Positions 27,250 through 39,775 of a stretch of 64,000 bases of DNA are shown piece by piece. The first letter of the stretch is position 1; every line of letters begins with the position of its first letter. Source of the stretch: Camelus ferus. Lineage: Eukaryota. A program made the translations under genes and the position numbers. Location of the stretch: positions 4,528,001 through 4,592,000 of the forward strand of contig NC_045697.1 of NCBI RefSeq assembly GCF_009834535.1, given 5' to 3'. The notes below the pieces were generated by a model. It had not been told where the DNA came from, searched no databases, and saw only the letters and a program-made list of their open reading frames with translations.

Positions 27250-27379
27250 GATGCGCTGGGCCGTGTTCAGGATGGATCGCTTCTCCTGCCGAGGGAGGAT
27301 GCGCTGGGCGCCTGCGGAAGCCACAGCCGGCAGACCTCCCCCGACTCTGACGGGGCCCCTCCACCAAGGGGCTCAGCAG
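27250..27379 (+). CDS. C4orf50: C4orf50 coding exon 4
   Basis: Pyrimidine tract + caag|GAT; DALGRVQDGSLLLPREDALGACGSHSRQTSPDSDGAPPPRGSA; donor CAG|gtgtgt, phase 1, matching exon 5. Confidence 0.7.
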
Positions 27380-28478
27380 GTGTGTGGAACTGGGGTTAGC
27401 AGAGCCCTGTGCAGACACCCACTGACAGGGGCCAGCTCTCTGACGACATCCTGATGTTGGGGGCGGTGGGGTAGTTCCTGCTTTGCAGGCAGGAAGCTGA
27501 GGGTCAGAGAGGTAGTGTCGCTTGCTCAGTGCCACACAGCTGGGAGGGGTGGGGTCAGAGCCTGCAGTGTCCACAACAAGGTCCTTGATTTAGGCTCACT
27601 CCCTCAGCTCCCAGAAGAGGGCCAGCCAGGAGACACACGTGCCAGCATCACAGCAGGGATGTCCCCGGGGGATTTGTCTTTGCAGAAGACTGTGTGATGA
27701 CCGGAAGCTGTTCCATCCCCCGCCCCCACCCAGTGACAGCTCAGCTGTGAGATGGCTGTGAGGTCTGGGGAGCTTTTGGGGCTTAGAAGCCCCTTGTCCC
27801 TAAGTTGTCTCTGATGGGAACAAATGCATCTGATAACAGTCTCAGGTACAGCTTCCAGGATCCCTGTTGCAAAAGCCACTGACTCGGGGAGCCCCAAGAC
27901 CACAGTGTCCAACTGGGTGTCTGGTTTACATACAGACTTCCAAGGCCAAGTGCGGTTTACAGATGGGGGGTCATTTATACCCAGCGGTGCTGCTGACCAG
28001 CAAAGCTGACCATTCCCCTCCATCCCATTTCTGGGGAGCAGAGCTGACAAGTCCAACAAGGTTAAATTTGTCCTCTGGGAAGGGGGCGGGGCCTGTCTGG
28101 CGAAGCCTGGGCATCAGCTCCTCCATCCACGTGCTGACTGTGAGGGGGTGGGGACCAGGAATTGTGACCCTGTGTAACCATGAAGCTGTGGGGCTGAGGG
28201 AGGTGTCACGGCTTTTGTCGCCTGTGTGGGCTTTGTGATCAGCGGAGGTGGCTTCCAGACCTGACTCTGGTGCTCATCAGTGAGCAGTCATCCCCATCTC
28301 CCAGCCTGGGTTCCTCACCTGACAGGGCAAGTGACCATCAGGCCACCTTTCGAGGCTCAAAGGCCTTGAACCTTGGAGAAGTGATGTCTAGTCCCAGCAG
28401 CAGGTGGCAGTGCTGGTGGCCGTCGTGGGATAGCTCCTACGAGGGTCTCTTTAACCCTTGGGTCCTGTCTCTTCCCAG

Positions 28479-28606
28479 GCCAGCCCTCCGAGGGGTCCTG
28501 CACCTGGGGCTGCATCGAGGCTGGACAAGGCCCCCCTGCTTTGATGCCAGGCCCGGAGACCACAGACGAGCTCCCAGGAGACTTTGCAGGATCTGACTGT
28601 GGACAG
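28479..28606 (+). CDS. C4orf50: C4orf50 coding exon 5
   Basis: tctcttcccag|GC acceptor (phase 1); QPSEGSCTWGCIEAGQGPPALMPGPETTDELPGDFAGSDCGQ; donor CAG|gtgagg, phase 0. Confidence 0.75.
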
Positions 28607-29423
28607 GTGAGGCCAGAGGCTTTCTGTGTGTCCGAGGCACCAGTTGGGTCTGATCAGCCCTACTGTGTGTGCTGCACAGTGTGGCTACCACTCAGGAGGT
28701 GGGAGAAGGAGGTAAAGAAGCTTGGGGTTTGGAAGAACATTCTGGAAATAATTGAGAGGGATATCTGAGGAGATGGAACGGAAGGCCTTGAGCTCTGAGT
28801 GGGGTGTGCAGGAAGGGAGCCCCAGCTGTGTGCCTGGGCCCAGCTGCCCTGCAGCCAAGACCTCACAGCACTGAAGGGGACCGGAATCCTGTCTTCATAG
28901 CCCACACTGCACCACGCTGTCCCCTAAGGGTCAGGAGCCTGGTTCCAACCAGCCCTGATGTGGGTCTGTGGTTCTAAAGAGAGAGGCCTTACTTCAGTCC
29001 TTCCCCTCTGGCTCTGGGCGGCCTGGTGTGCGGTGTCACACCCAAGTGCAGACAGAGCTGAGAACATGCCCCTGGGGTGGTGGAGGGACGACGTTAGACA
29101 GTCAGGAAACCAGGATGGGCAGCAGAAGAGCAGGCCACCTGGGCAGACCCGCCAGGTACAGGCGATGAGAGCAGAGTGGCCGGGGGTGGGGGGCTGCGGT
29201 CACGTGGCCCGAGGGCGCTCGGTGAGCCTGGATGGAGCCAAGCGCCACCTCCCAGGCCTCACCCGGCCTGGGTCTGTTCTGTGAGCTGGGCCAGTCCTTC
29301 TCTCTGGATAAATGCATTGAATAAGTGAATATGAAAATATGTTCAAAAGTATCTATAAAACGCCTCCTGTGTGCCCGGGACTGTTCCTGGCCCGGGTGCC
29401 TGCCGCCAGGAGCGGAGTCTACC

Positions 29424-29619
29424 CAGCACTGTCCCCTAGAGCCTTCCACGGCGCTGCAGATACCCTGCATCTGCGTCGTCCAGTAGAGCAGCTGTGAATC
29501 GCCCACGGCTTCTGGGTGCTTGAAATGAGGCTGGTGTGCCCGCAGAACTGAGTGTTAACTTTAATTGCTTCAAGTGTGAAGAGCCATGTGGCCCGTGGCT
29601 ACCATACTGGGCGGTGCAG
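29424..29619. mobile_element. MER3-like hAT-Charlie MITE
   Basis: gcactgtcc...tctgcgtcgtccagtag...tgcttgaaatg...agccatgtggcccgtggctaccatactgggcggtgcag. Confidence 0.65.
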
Positions 29620-29649
29620 GGCCACGGGGGAGTCAGACGGCACTCACAC

Positions 29650-29920
29650 ATACGCAGAGTGAAGTGAGCAAGGGAGGTAAAGAGGGAGATGAAGCGGGGT
29701 GAATGGGCAGAGAGTGGCGGAAGTAGCCAGGGAGGCCTTTCTGAGTTTGAACTGAGATGTTAATGAAGCAAGAGTGTGAGCCATGTATCTGGGGGAAGGA
29801 TACTCTGGGCAGCAGGAAGAGCAGGTGCAAAGGCCCTGGGGTGGTAACCAGCTTGGTGTGTTAGGAAGGCCAATGTGACTGGATGAGATGAGGTCAGAGA
29901 GGTGGGGAGAGGCTGTAGGG
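29650..29920 (-). mobile_element. L2 fragment directly upstream of the exon 6 acceptor
   Basis: agggaggcctttctgag...gagccatg...gcaggtgcaaaggccctggggtgg...agatgaggtcagagagg. Confidence 0.65.
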
Positions 29921-29963
29921 GGAAGGGGCTGCTTCACACTTCATCTTCTCTTCCCATCCCCAG

Positions 29964-32477
29964 TTTACTCCAGCTGAGCCCAACTTGGGTGAACAGACTC
30001 TTCTTCTCATCTGTGGCTGCCCCCCAGGGCAGTGGGTGGACGGCTCACTCCTCCCCGTGGAGCCGGCCTGGATGTCAGAGCAGAAACTAGCAGCCGCCCC
30101 AGCCCAGGAGTCCCTTCTGGTGCAGACGTCCACACGCCCTCCCTGGGGGCAGGCTGGGGACCCAGCTCCCCTGCCGCTGCCACTGCCACTGCTGCTCCTG
30201 GAAGCTTCCACAGAAGGACAGCAAGCCCAGCAGGGCCTGGAGGCCAGGCCCCCGCCTGCCCCCTCAGCTTCAGGACACCCCAGCCGGGATCATCACCGGG
30301 CAAGGAGCCACGATGCCTCCCTCTGCCAGGAGTCCCCATGTATTTCAAGTCACCGATTTCCCAGGAGAGGGCCCAGGGATCTAAAAGACCTTTGGAAGGA
30401 GGGAGGAGGAGCCCCAGGGTGGAGACCAGAGATGCAGGGGCTGAGGATTTGGGGCAGGAAGGAGGAAGACCTCAGTGACAGGTGCCAGCCATGTCAGGAA
30501 AGCTGTGAGAACCTGAGCCTGCAGGATGGTGTTGGGACCCCAGAGAGCTCGCAGAATGAGAACGGGGGTCCAGAACCGCAGCCCCCGCCGGAGGCTCTAC
30601 TGCCTCTTCTGCAGCGGGCGGCCTCGGTGTCAGCGCAGGGTCCTGAATCCCTGGGCAGGAGGGGGCAGGGGGAAGGGCGTGTCTGGGGCTTGCGAGAAGG
30701 AGGGCTGTCATCATCCTTATCAGAGGAGGAGGCCCCGGAAGCCGCCTTCTCCAGCGCTCCGGGCACCAACAGGCCACCTCCCAAAGGTGCTCAGCCCCTT
30801 GCTGAGCAGGGCAGAGCCATCAGGAGAGTTCAGGGCAAGGAGAAAATCCACGTGTGGTCTGCAAATGCTCTGCTTCTGCCAGAGGACAGCCCTGAGGACA
30901 GCCCTGAGGACGAGGGACAGGAAGAGGAGGAGGAGAAGGTGTTGCATCTGGAAGGGTCCCGCTCGGGCCACAGGGATGTCCCGGAGGAGTCTGGCTCCGA
31001 GGACTGTGAGGTCCAGGAGACGCGTTTCTTACTGGACGAGGGAGGTTTGTTACCATCTCCAGGACTGGCCTTATTGCCAGAGGGGGCGGGACCCACCAGT
31101 CACCTCTGGGCTCCAAACGGAGCACACGATGGGATGGTGCTCAGGTTGGAGGAATTTGAAAAGGAGATGGAGGCTTGTTTCCAGCAACTCTCCATCCTGA
31201 TGCGTGGGAGTGGGGGACGTGGGTGGAACACTTCATCATTGGCGGGAGAGAACTGGAGCTTTGCTCGAAGATGGCCCGGCTGCCGGGAGCACGCTTACCC
31301 TCAGCAGGCTTTGGCAAACCAGAGTACGGATACTTGGTTTGCCAACAACGCAAACCCCAGAAAGCGTAGTGAAGATGCTAAGCTGGGAAAGACGGAGGCC
31401 CTGGGAACCAGCCAAGTTCTTCCTGGGCTGGTGCCTGATCTGGTCGACTTGAGCCCAGGCCCCCCCGAGGGGCCCTCCGAGCTGGGTCAGTCCGGGCTCC
31501 CTCAGCAGCCGAGAACCCTCAAGGGGGTGAGAAGAAGGTTTCGTTGGCTCATTTCTGGATTGAAGAAAGAGAGTAGCAAAGTTTTACATGATAACGCCAA
31601 ACTTCAGGGAGATCAGGAGAGATGCCACAGAAAACTGCGTATCCTGGAAAAAGAGAGGGAGAGAAATGCGAAAAAAATATCTGCACTTGAGCAGGATAAG
31701 AGTGTGCTGCTAGGAGACATCGCTCACTTACGGAGGGAGCTGGACCGGCACGTGCAGGTCATTTCGGACCTTGAAGACTGCAATGGGAAAAGTTACTGCA
31801 AAATTTCTGAACTTGAAGAGGAAAACCAAAGACTGAAAAGAGACCTGGGGCAGCTCCAGAAAGCCATGTCTGCGAGCATCAGAAAATCCAAAGGCGGGAT
31901 GGGGTGCATCACCCTGGAAAACTGGGAGCTCAGTGCGCTGACTTCGGAGCTCGGAGTCAGTTACAAAGAGCTGATAAAGGATGTAGTTCTGGGAATAGAA
32001 GACATGATCCGGGCCTTCAGGGCAGAGAACGAACACCTCCTACGCAGGATCCGAGTCCTGGAGGGAGAAGTCACTTCAGGGAGCAGCACAGATGGGGGGC
32101 GTTTGGTGGGAGCAGAGGCGTGTCCCCAAGGAAAAAGCACAGTGGTGGTGGACAAGGTGAACGCTGGAGAAAACGGGGTGCAGGTGACTCAGCTTTCAGA
32201 GCAACTGACTCTAAGGGTCCCTGGGCCACCCTCGGAGCAGGAAATGGGTCTGGCTGGAGGGTGGACGGGAACTTGCTCAGGCCTGGAGAATTCTAGATGC
32301 AGTTCTGAATCTACTGCTCCATCACTGGTCTGGGGAGATGCTCCAGGGTCCAGCGCCCCGCAGGGAAACACTGGTGAGGAAGGAGTGAAGGAGGCGCATT
32401 TGGAGAAAGAGGATAAGGGACCATCGTGTTCTGCAGACAGAGGGCGAGCTCTGAGGTCCCCACCCCATGGCCCCCAG
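29964..32477 (+). CDS. C4orf50: C4orf50 coding exon 6 (2514 nt, 838 codons)
   Basis: ttcccatccccag|TTT acceptor in frame with the 833-aa ORF 29985..32486; coiled-coil-like stretch at about 31520-32060; donor CAG|gtaggt, phase 0. Confidence 0.9.
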
Positions 32478-33249
32478 GTAGGTTGATTCTGCATAGCTGT
32501 TTAATCATCTTGCTAACTTTCTACCACACCCTTTACTCACATGTCCTCCAGCAACCCTGGGAGGAACAGTCACCATCCGCATTTACCAGATGAGAAAACG
32601 TAGGCACAGAGAAGTTAAGTGGTTTGCCCTGAATCACACAGTAGGAGGAGTGGAGCCCGGACTCCACCTGGGCAGTCAGAGTCCGTGTCTTTATTCTTCC
32701 CTATGACAGGATGTGAGTCTGCCCCCTGCCTAGGCTGTTTTGGTATCTGGTGGGGCATGGAGGGGGTGTTTACACTTCAAGATCAGAGCTTGTATTTTCA
32801 GACCGAGGGTTTTTCAAGCAGCTCAAGGCATAATTCTGCACATTCTTTCTAAAAATTAATTTTTATTGAGATATAATTGACATTGAAAGCTGTGTAAGTT
32901 AAAGGTGTACAATGCGTTGATTTGATGGGTTTATATATTACAGTCTGGTTACCACCACAGCTTCAGCCAAAGCCTCTATCACTCTGGGTGTTGGGTCTTG
33001 AAAGGAGAGAGCAGCGGGCTTTGGAACTCAGTCAAACAGGGTTCAAACCCGGTTCTGCTCTTACGGCATCGGAGACTTCTCTGAGTCGTCTTCCTCGTCT
33101 GTGAACAATACTGGACCTCCCGGGCCCCTAAGCTCGTGGCAGTCTCATGATGGTCTTGACTGTCTGTAGGACGTTTAGTATCGAGCCCTTCGCATACCTT
33201 CATATCCATTCTTGCTGCCTCTCTGCCTCTGTCTCTCTGTCTCTTCCTT

Positions 33250-36200
33250 TCTAATTTTATCAGTCATTTCACAGGGTCATCTTCTGGTTTTGTTGCTTTT
33301 CTTTACTGTATGTCTGTGTTTTATGTCATTGGTAGCTGCTAACATCTTCATTATTTCCTTTCTTCCACTTTCTTTTGGTTTAACTGGCTGTTCTTTATCT
33401 TCTTGGGTTGAAAGTTTGGATCATAGATTTTCAACTGTTATTCTTTTGTGATCTACGCATTTAAATCTAGACATTTCTCTCTAAGCACTGTTTCAACTGC
33501 ATCCCACACAGTTTGATACACTGTACTTTTTGTGTCTGTTCAGTTCAAAGTAACTTCTCGTTTCTATTGTGATTTTTTCCTTGGCCCATGGGTTATTTAC
33601 AAGTGTGTTGCTGAATTTCCAAGCGTCTGTGGAGTTTTTAGTTAGATGTTTGCTATTTATTTGTAGTTTTATTCATTGTTATCAGAAAATATATATTATA
33701 TTATTTTAATCTTTTAGAATTTGTTGAGATTTGTTTTCTTGACCAGGTTATGGTCTATTTTGGTAAATATCCTATGTGTCCTTGTAAAATGAATGTTCTG
33801 TGGTTGCTGAGTATTAATTAGGCCAAGCTGGTTAATTGTGCTGATCAAATCTTCTGTATCTTTACTGATGTGTTGTCTATTTGTTTTGTCATCTTTTGAA
33901 ATCTCCAACTCTGTGTATATTTGTTTCTTTCTTCTTTTTTGTTATGTTAGTTTTGATTCATACATTTTGAAATGATTTATGAGATATACCCAGCTTTAAG
34001 GCTATGATGTATTCCTGATGAAATCGACTCCTTTGTGATGATGAAATGTCTCTCGTTACCTTTCACACGTCTTGCCCTACAGTCGACTTTTTTTCTGATA
34101 TTAATGTAGTCATATCAGTTTTTTCCATAAATATTTTCGTGGTATACAACTTTCTTACACCATCTATCTTTTTTATTTTAACCTATCAGTATCTTTATAT
34201 TTAAAGTATGTTTCTTAGAAATGACATATGGGTTTTTTTTTTTTTTAACTTAGTTCAGTTTGACATCCTCTGTCTTTTAGTTTGAGTGTTTGGTCCATTT
34301 ACATTTCATATACATAATGGTGTAATTGGCTTTATGTTTACCCTCTTGCTGTTTCTTCTATTTATCTCTTCTGTTCTGTTTTCTTTTCTTCCTTTGTTTT
34401 TGGTATTAGTAAACTATATTCTATTATTCTATTTTCTTCCCTGTTAGCTTATTTTGTTATACATTTTAGTGTCATTCTTTTAGTGGTTATCCTAGAAATT
34501 TCAAAATGTATCTATTAATTATTAAACTTTACTTTAAATTAGTATTTTCCATGTCTCAAATAATGCAAAAATCTTTTAATGGTTTAACTCCATTTATTCT
34601 TTTTCTCTTTTTTATTGTTTATTTTTATCAACTGTGTTACTTCTATGTAATATATGCCCTACAAGGTGTTGTTATTATTGTCATTTGAAACAGTCAACAA
34701 TCTTTTATATTTACTCAAATCTTTCTACATTCTTGTGCTGTTTACTTCTTCTGCTTCTTTGGATCTGTTTTTACATCTGCCTGAAGAAATTTGCTATTTC
34801 TTATAGTGAGGGTCTGCTGGTGGTGAATTCTCTCAAATTTTTTTTTATTGAAAACAATTTTTCACCTCCACTTTAAAAGATTTTTTTCCTCTGGATTCAG
34901 AATTTTAGGCAGATACACTCCTGTCTTTTGACACTTTAAAGGTCTCATTCCATTGTCTTCTGGCTCCCAAAGTTTCTGTTCAGAAACTGAATAATTTGTC
35001 TTTTTTTTTTTCCCTGAAAGAAATGTATCATTTTATCTCAGACTATTTTAAGCACCTGCTTTTAACCTTTGGGTTTTGGCAGTTACACTATGATGTGCTT
35101 ACCTGGGCTTTTATGTGTTCACCCTGCTTGGTTTTTCTGAACTTCTTGAAACTGTAGAATCATGTCTTTAATCAGATTTGGAAAATTCTTGGCCATTATT
35201 TCTTCAGATATTTTGTTCTGGTCTATTTTTCTCTCCTTTTAAAGACCCGGATTTTAAAAAATTGTATCTCACATATTTTGAAACTATTCTATTTTTTCCT
35301 TTTTTTTATGCCTCAGTTTGAATTTTCTGTTGACCTTTTAGTTCACTAATCCCATGTTCTGCTGAATCCTGTTTTCTAATAAATCCATCCAATTTATTGT
35401 ATTTTGCGGTTTTAGAAGATCCATTTTATCCTTTTTAAAAAAAGATTCTAATTCTCTATTGCAGTGCTCCATCTTTTCATTCCTTTTGTCTATCTTTTCC
35501 TGTGTTAAAAAAATCTGTACGATCAGTCATTTTGAAGGCCTTGTCTGCTCACCCCAATATCTGGATCATCTCTGGGTCTGTTTCTACTGACTGTTTGATT
35601 TCTTGGTTCAAGTCTCATTCTCCTGCTTCTTCCTGTGACTAGGACTTTTTATGTTAATGTTGGGCGTTGTGTAGAACATGGTGTAGAGATTCCTGGTTGT
35701 TAGCTTCCTCCAAAGAATGTTGAATGAGTTTTGTTCCAGTGAGTAGCTGAATGATCAGCAGACTGTGTTATTCCTGTGCAGGCCAGTTACAGTGTTCCCC
35801 TCGGTCCCAGGGCTCAATTTTTCTCCTAATGTGTGGTCCTTCTTCTAGGGCACGGCCTTTCAGTGGTACCCGCTGAGTCCCCAGAGCATTCACCAAAGAC
35901 TCTCCACTTTGGCTCGGGCGGAACACTGCCATCTTTGTAGCAGTGTGTGACCCCTGAAATCTCTTTAGTATTGACCTCCCAGCTGCTGCTCTCTGCTAAG
36001 CCTCAGAGTCTTGCACTATACTTCACTGCTTATGATTTAACCAAGGACCCAAGGATATTTCTAGGACAGCATCTGGATTTCTCCTCTGCAGCTCTCTTCC
36101 CCCTGGTACTTTGTCTCACCAACCTCAGCTGTCATGGCATCCCTGAGCCCCAGTCTTCTATGCCGATTCCACCTAGCAGGACCACCACATTCAGCTTGGG

Positions 36201-36360
36201 GTCTAGCTCCCTGAACCACGGAAAATGTTCCAGGGGGAAATCCAGGGGGATGTGGCGCTTTCCTTGTTGCGCATCCTTTCCCTCAAGGACTGTAGCCCTG
36301 CGTCAGCTGCCAGTCAGTGCCTGCAAAGCATCGTTTTTATACATTTCCCTCAGATCCTAT
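33250..36360 (-). mobile_element. Old degraded L1 (ORF2 endonuclease, ORF1 and 5' remnants)
   Basis: T-rich block; minus-strand peptide QHISKDTEDLISTINQLGLI...HRIFTKIDHNLVKKTNLNKF resembles the L1 ORF2 endonuclease. Confidence 0.8.
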
Positions 36361-36374
36361 AGTTCTCAAATCCC

Positions 36375-36915
36375 AGCCGCTGAGACCTGGTAGGAACTGG
36401 AACTCTGAGGAGGTGAATATCGAGCTGAGGGTTTCAAGGTTTGAAAGGAACAGTAGATGAAGAACATTCCAGGCAAGGGGAGAAGCAAGTGGCCCAGACT
36501 CTGAGGCAAGAATGAGCCTGGCTTGTTGAAAAAGCGGAAAGTAGTCAGTGTGGCTGGAACACGGTGGGCAAGGCTGGGGCATCGTATGAGATGAGGCTGG
36601 AAAAGTTGTCATGAGAAAGATCACAGGAGGCCTTACAGGCGCTGGTTAGGGTCATCTCTCAGTGCCGCAGGAAACTGTTCGCGGATTTTAAGCAGGAGAA
36701 CAACATGATTAATTTTTTTTGTAAGAAGATCACTGTCTGCTGTAAGGAGAAGGGGCAGGTGGGCACAGGGCGGACAGTCAAGAGGATTTTGCCGAGAGAT
36801 GATACCAGAGGGGAGGAACTTGGAATTTGGATAAAAAGAAAAGGGGGGGGGGATTCCAGAGAAAAGCTAGAATTGGAAGCAATGGAATTGGTTGGCGGCT
36901 AGAGGGTAGAGGGTG
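36375..36915 (-). mobile_element. L2 fragment
   Basis: aacattccaggcaagggg...ctgaggcaagaatgagcctggc...gtgtggctgga...gattttaagcaggagaacaacatgat. Confidence 0.7.
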
Positions 36916-39317
36916 AGGAAAGCTTCCCCTTCCCTTCATCCCAAGTCACAAACCTGGTCATGTTTTTATTTGGCGTAAAACCCTTCTATGTCTTCCTCCT
37001 GAGCTTGGTATGAAGTCCAAATTCCTTCTGGCGAGTTCTAATCTGGCCCCTTGAGAGCTTCAGCTGTTGCTTTATATTTTCCTCAGTCCCTACACGCCTA
37101 GACCCTCGGCCCGCCCCTCCCGGCACCCCGGCTTTCTCCTGGGGGCTGCCGCCATCCTCAAGGTCTCACGTTAGGGCATCTCCTCCCCCCCACCCCAGGA
37201 TGGGTTCAGTGCGGAGGCAGCTCCTGCCCATCTCTCCCCAGCTCTGCACTCAGTGATGCCATTTGGTACCTTGCCGTGGCCTTGATGGTGCACACACCAC
37301 GGAAATAGCAAACGCTGCACGTTCATGTGCCCCTCCCTCCCCGGAGAGTGGGCATTGTACATTCGCCGCCACCTCGCTGGTGTGATGGGCGCCTCTGATG
37401 TGGTGCCTCTCTTAGGCCCCTGCAGCCCCCTGGCTTCCCCTTACCATGCTGTGTTGTATGGCCTTTGTCTGCATCAATCTCTTCCACCAGACAGAGCGCC
37501 CTGAGGGCCGCATTCACCATGGCTCCCAGCCCAAGTGCGTGGCTGGAGCATGTGCTTCTGATGTCTGCTAGGGAGCAAGTGGGTCAAGGGGTCGTTCGCA
37601 GGGGTCGCTGGGCAGCGCAGTCCCAGGTGACAGGCAGGGTCCGCCTCCACCCCACACTCTCATTCTCTTTAGAATGCGCAGTGGATGCTCTCTTTGGATC
37701 CTCGAGACGAAGCCCAAGTCACTGCAGAGGAGGGAGGTGGCAAAGGAGCCGAACTTTCCAGAAAGGCTAAGTTGTTTTGCAACTCTGTTTGGAGCTGGTT
37801 GTCTGGAACCGTTTGGAGCACCCATCTGTTCTTGACAGGGCCCAGCCTGTGAATCTCAGGCCCACGCACTGTGAATTTCTGTTAATTAAAAAAGTCGCAT
37901 TCTACCATCATATTCCCGGCTAACAAGGGAGAGGCCTGACAGCCAGTCACGCTGATTCTGCCCTCCCGCCCTCGCCTCCCTCTTCCCTCTCCTCTCCAAG
38001 CAGAGCGGCCTGGGCTCCCCTCCTGGCAGCTCACGCCCAGGTCAGGAACACGTGGAAGGGATGATCTTTGCGGGCCTTCAGTTCCCAGGGTGGCTGCTTT
38101 AAACGAAAGGTAGACCGCCGTGACCAGGAGCACGGGCGCCTTGAGAAGCCCCCGCGTCTCCGGGTCCCCGCCTCGTGGCAGCGGGAGCTCGCACTCCTCA
38201 CGGCCCTGCTCCTTCCCAGGGCCACCCGAGGAGTTTGAGTCAAGAGCTCAGTGATGACGCGGAAATTCCGCCTCTGGTGGTCTCAGGGGACAAGCCAGAG
38301 GTGTGCCAGGCATTTATGGGTGAGGGTCTCCATCACAGCCCCAATGGCAGCAGCAAAATGTCAGCATAGTCTGAGTGTTCAGAGCGCCACAGAGCGCTGC
38401 ATGTGTGCTGGCGGCGGCGTGTTCGACATTATTTAATGACATCGGAAAATGCCCGTGACGTGGTACTAGGGGAGGAAAGCAGAATGCGGAAGATGTGTAT
38501 GGCATGTAAGTGACACAGAGAAAAACAGACACAAGGGTGTGCGTATATGTACACACACACACACACGCCTGTGTTTACGTATGCACATAAGGTATTTTAA
38601 AAATTTTAAAGTCCGGAACCACTGGGGCAAGAGCACCACTACCATTTGGCCAAACTCCCCACGGTGATAAATCAGTCTCTTCCTTCTTACCTTCTGCCCG
38701 CCCAGAAATGCCCTGCTGATGTTCACATGAAACCCGCTCATGTTTGACCCAAGAAGAGCGAGAGGCTATTTTGTACTGATTTAAGAAAAGTGTGTGGGGG
38801 AAATGCAGTTACGTTTTATATAAATACATGAAACATGAATGTCATGAGCATCTCACAGTTGGATTTGAACACTAAATTTCATTCATTATACTGTGTTTCA
38901 GTATAATGGGGACTGACACCTATTCAAACAGACTCTGAAATATCATGCTATTTTGCATATTTTTCACATGCGAAAAACAATATTCTTTTGAAAATAACAT
39001 TCGAGAATGTTATTCTGTGATTCCCTGGACCCTCCCCAACCCCCCCACTCAAGAAACCCAGCACGGGCCACACACGCATATGCACACGTGGGTAACAGCA
39101 GAGCCGAAAGACTGAACATGTGAGAGAAGCTGTGGGTAATAATGTTCATGCTGGCTAATAGTTTTTGGAGTCATCTCTGTTACTTTATTTTGTACAATTT
39201 ATTTGCTATGAGAAAACGTAAGCGGGAAAAAAGTTAAGAAGGAAAATGGGTACTGTCTGTTGGCAAAGGCAAAGTACTTGAAAGATAACCTAAGCGTTTC
39301 ATCCAAATCTGCTCCAG

Positions 39318-39473
39318 GAGCCGGAGGCTGAGGCCTCCGAGGAGGACCTCAGGCTGAGCATCAGGCAGCTCCGTCACCAGGCGCTGACCCTGCGGTGCCA
39401 GCTCAGGGACCAGGGCTCGGCGCCCCGGCCGCTGCCGGCCTCCCGCGGTGAGGTCGCCCGTCTCCGGGGCCAG
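39318..39473 (+). CDS. C4orf50: C4orf50 coding exon 7
   Basis: ctgctccag|GAG; EPEAEASEEDLRLSIRQLRHQALTLRCQLRDQGSAPRPLPASRGEVARLRGQ; donor CAG|gtaagc; 156 nt; absent from the ORF track. Confidence 0.8.
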
Positions 39474-39639
39474 GTAAGCGGAGCCCGCCAGCAAGTTAAT
39501 CTTCCCTCACTCCAGGGAGTTCCGAGCTTAGGAAAAAGAACTAGGTAAGCTCTCACTGACCATTCTCAGCAGTCTGAACTTGTTCATCAGATTCCTAAAG
39601 TGCAGAACAGTACAGGAAGAAAAGCTTCTCGTCCGTCCC

Positions 39640-39775
39640 ACCAGCTGTGTAATATACTGTAGTTTTGCCCAATGTCCTCACTGGAGGAAACTGGGCAAAG
39701 TATCCAAAGCATCTCTCTGTATTATTTTTTACAACTGTTTGTAAATCTAAAATTGTCTCAATCTTTAAAAAATGC
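39640..39775 (+). mobile_element. L1MC-like 3' end fragment
   Basis: tatactgtagttttg...ggaggaaactggg...atctctctgtattattttttacaactg...atctaaaatt. Confidence 0.6.

Noticed and set aside
30526..31200. 224-aa alternative-frame ORF inside exon 6
   Set aside because: Non-ATG start, no recognisable protein; expected by chance in GC-rich coding DNA
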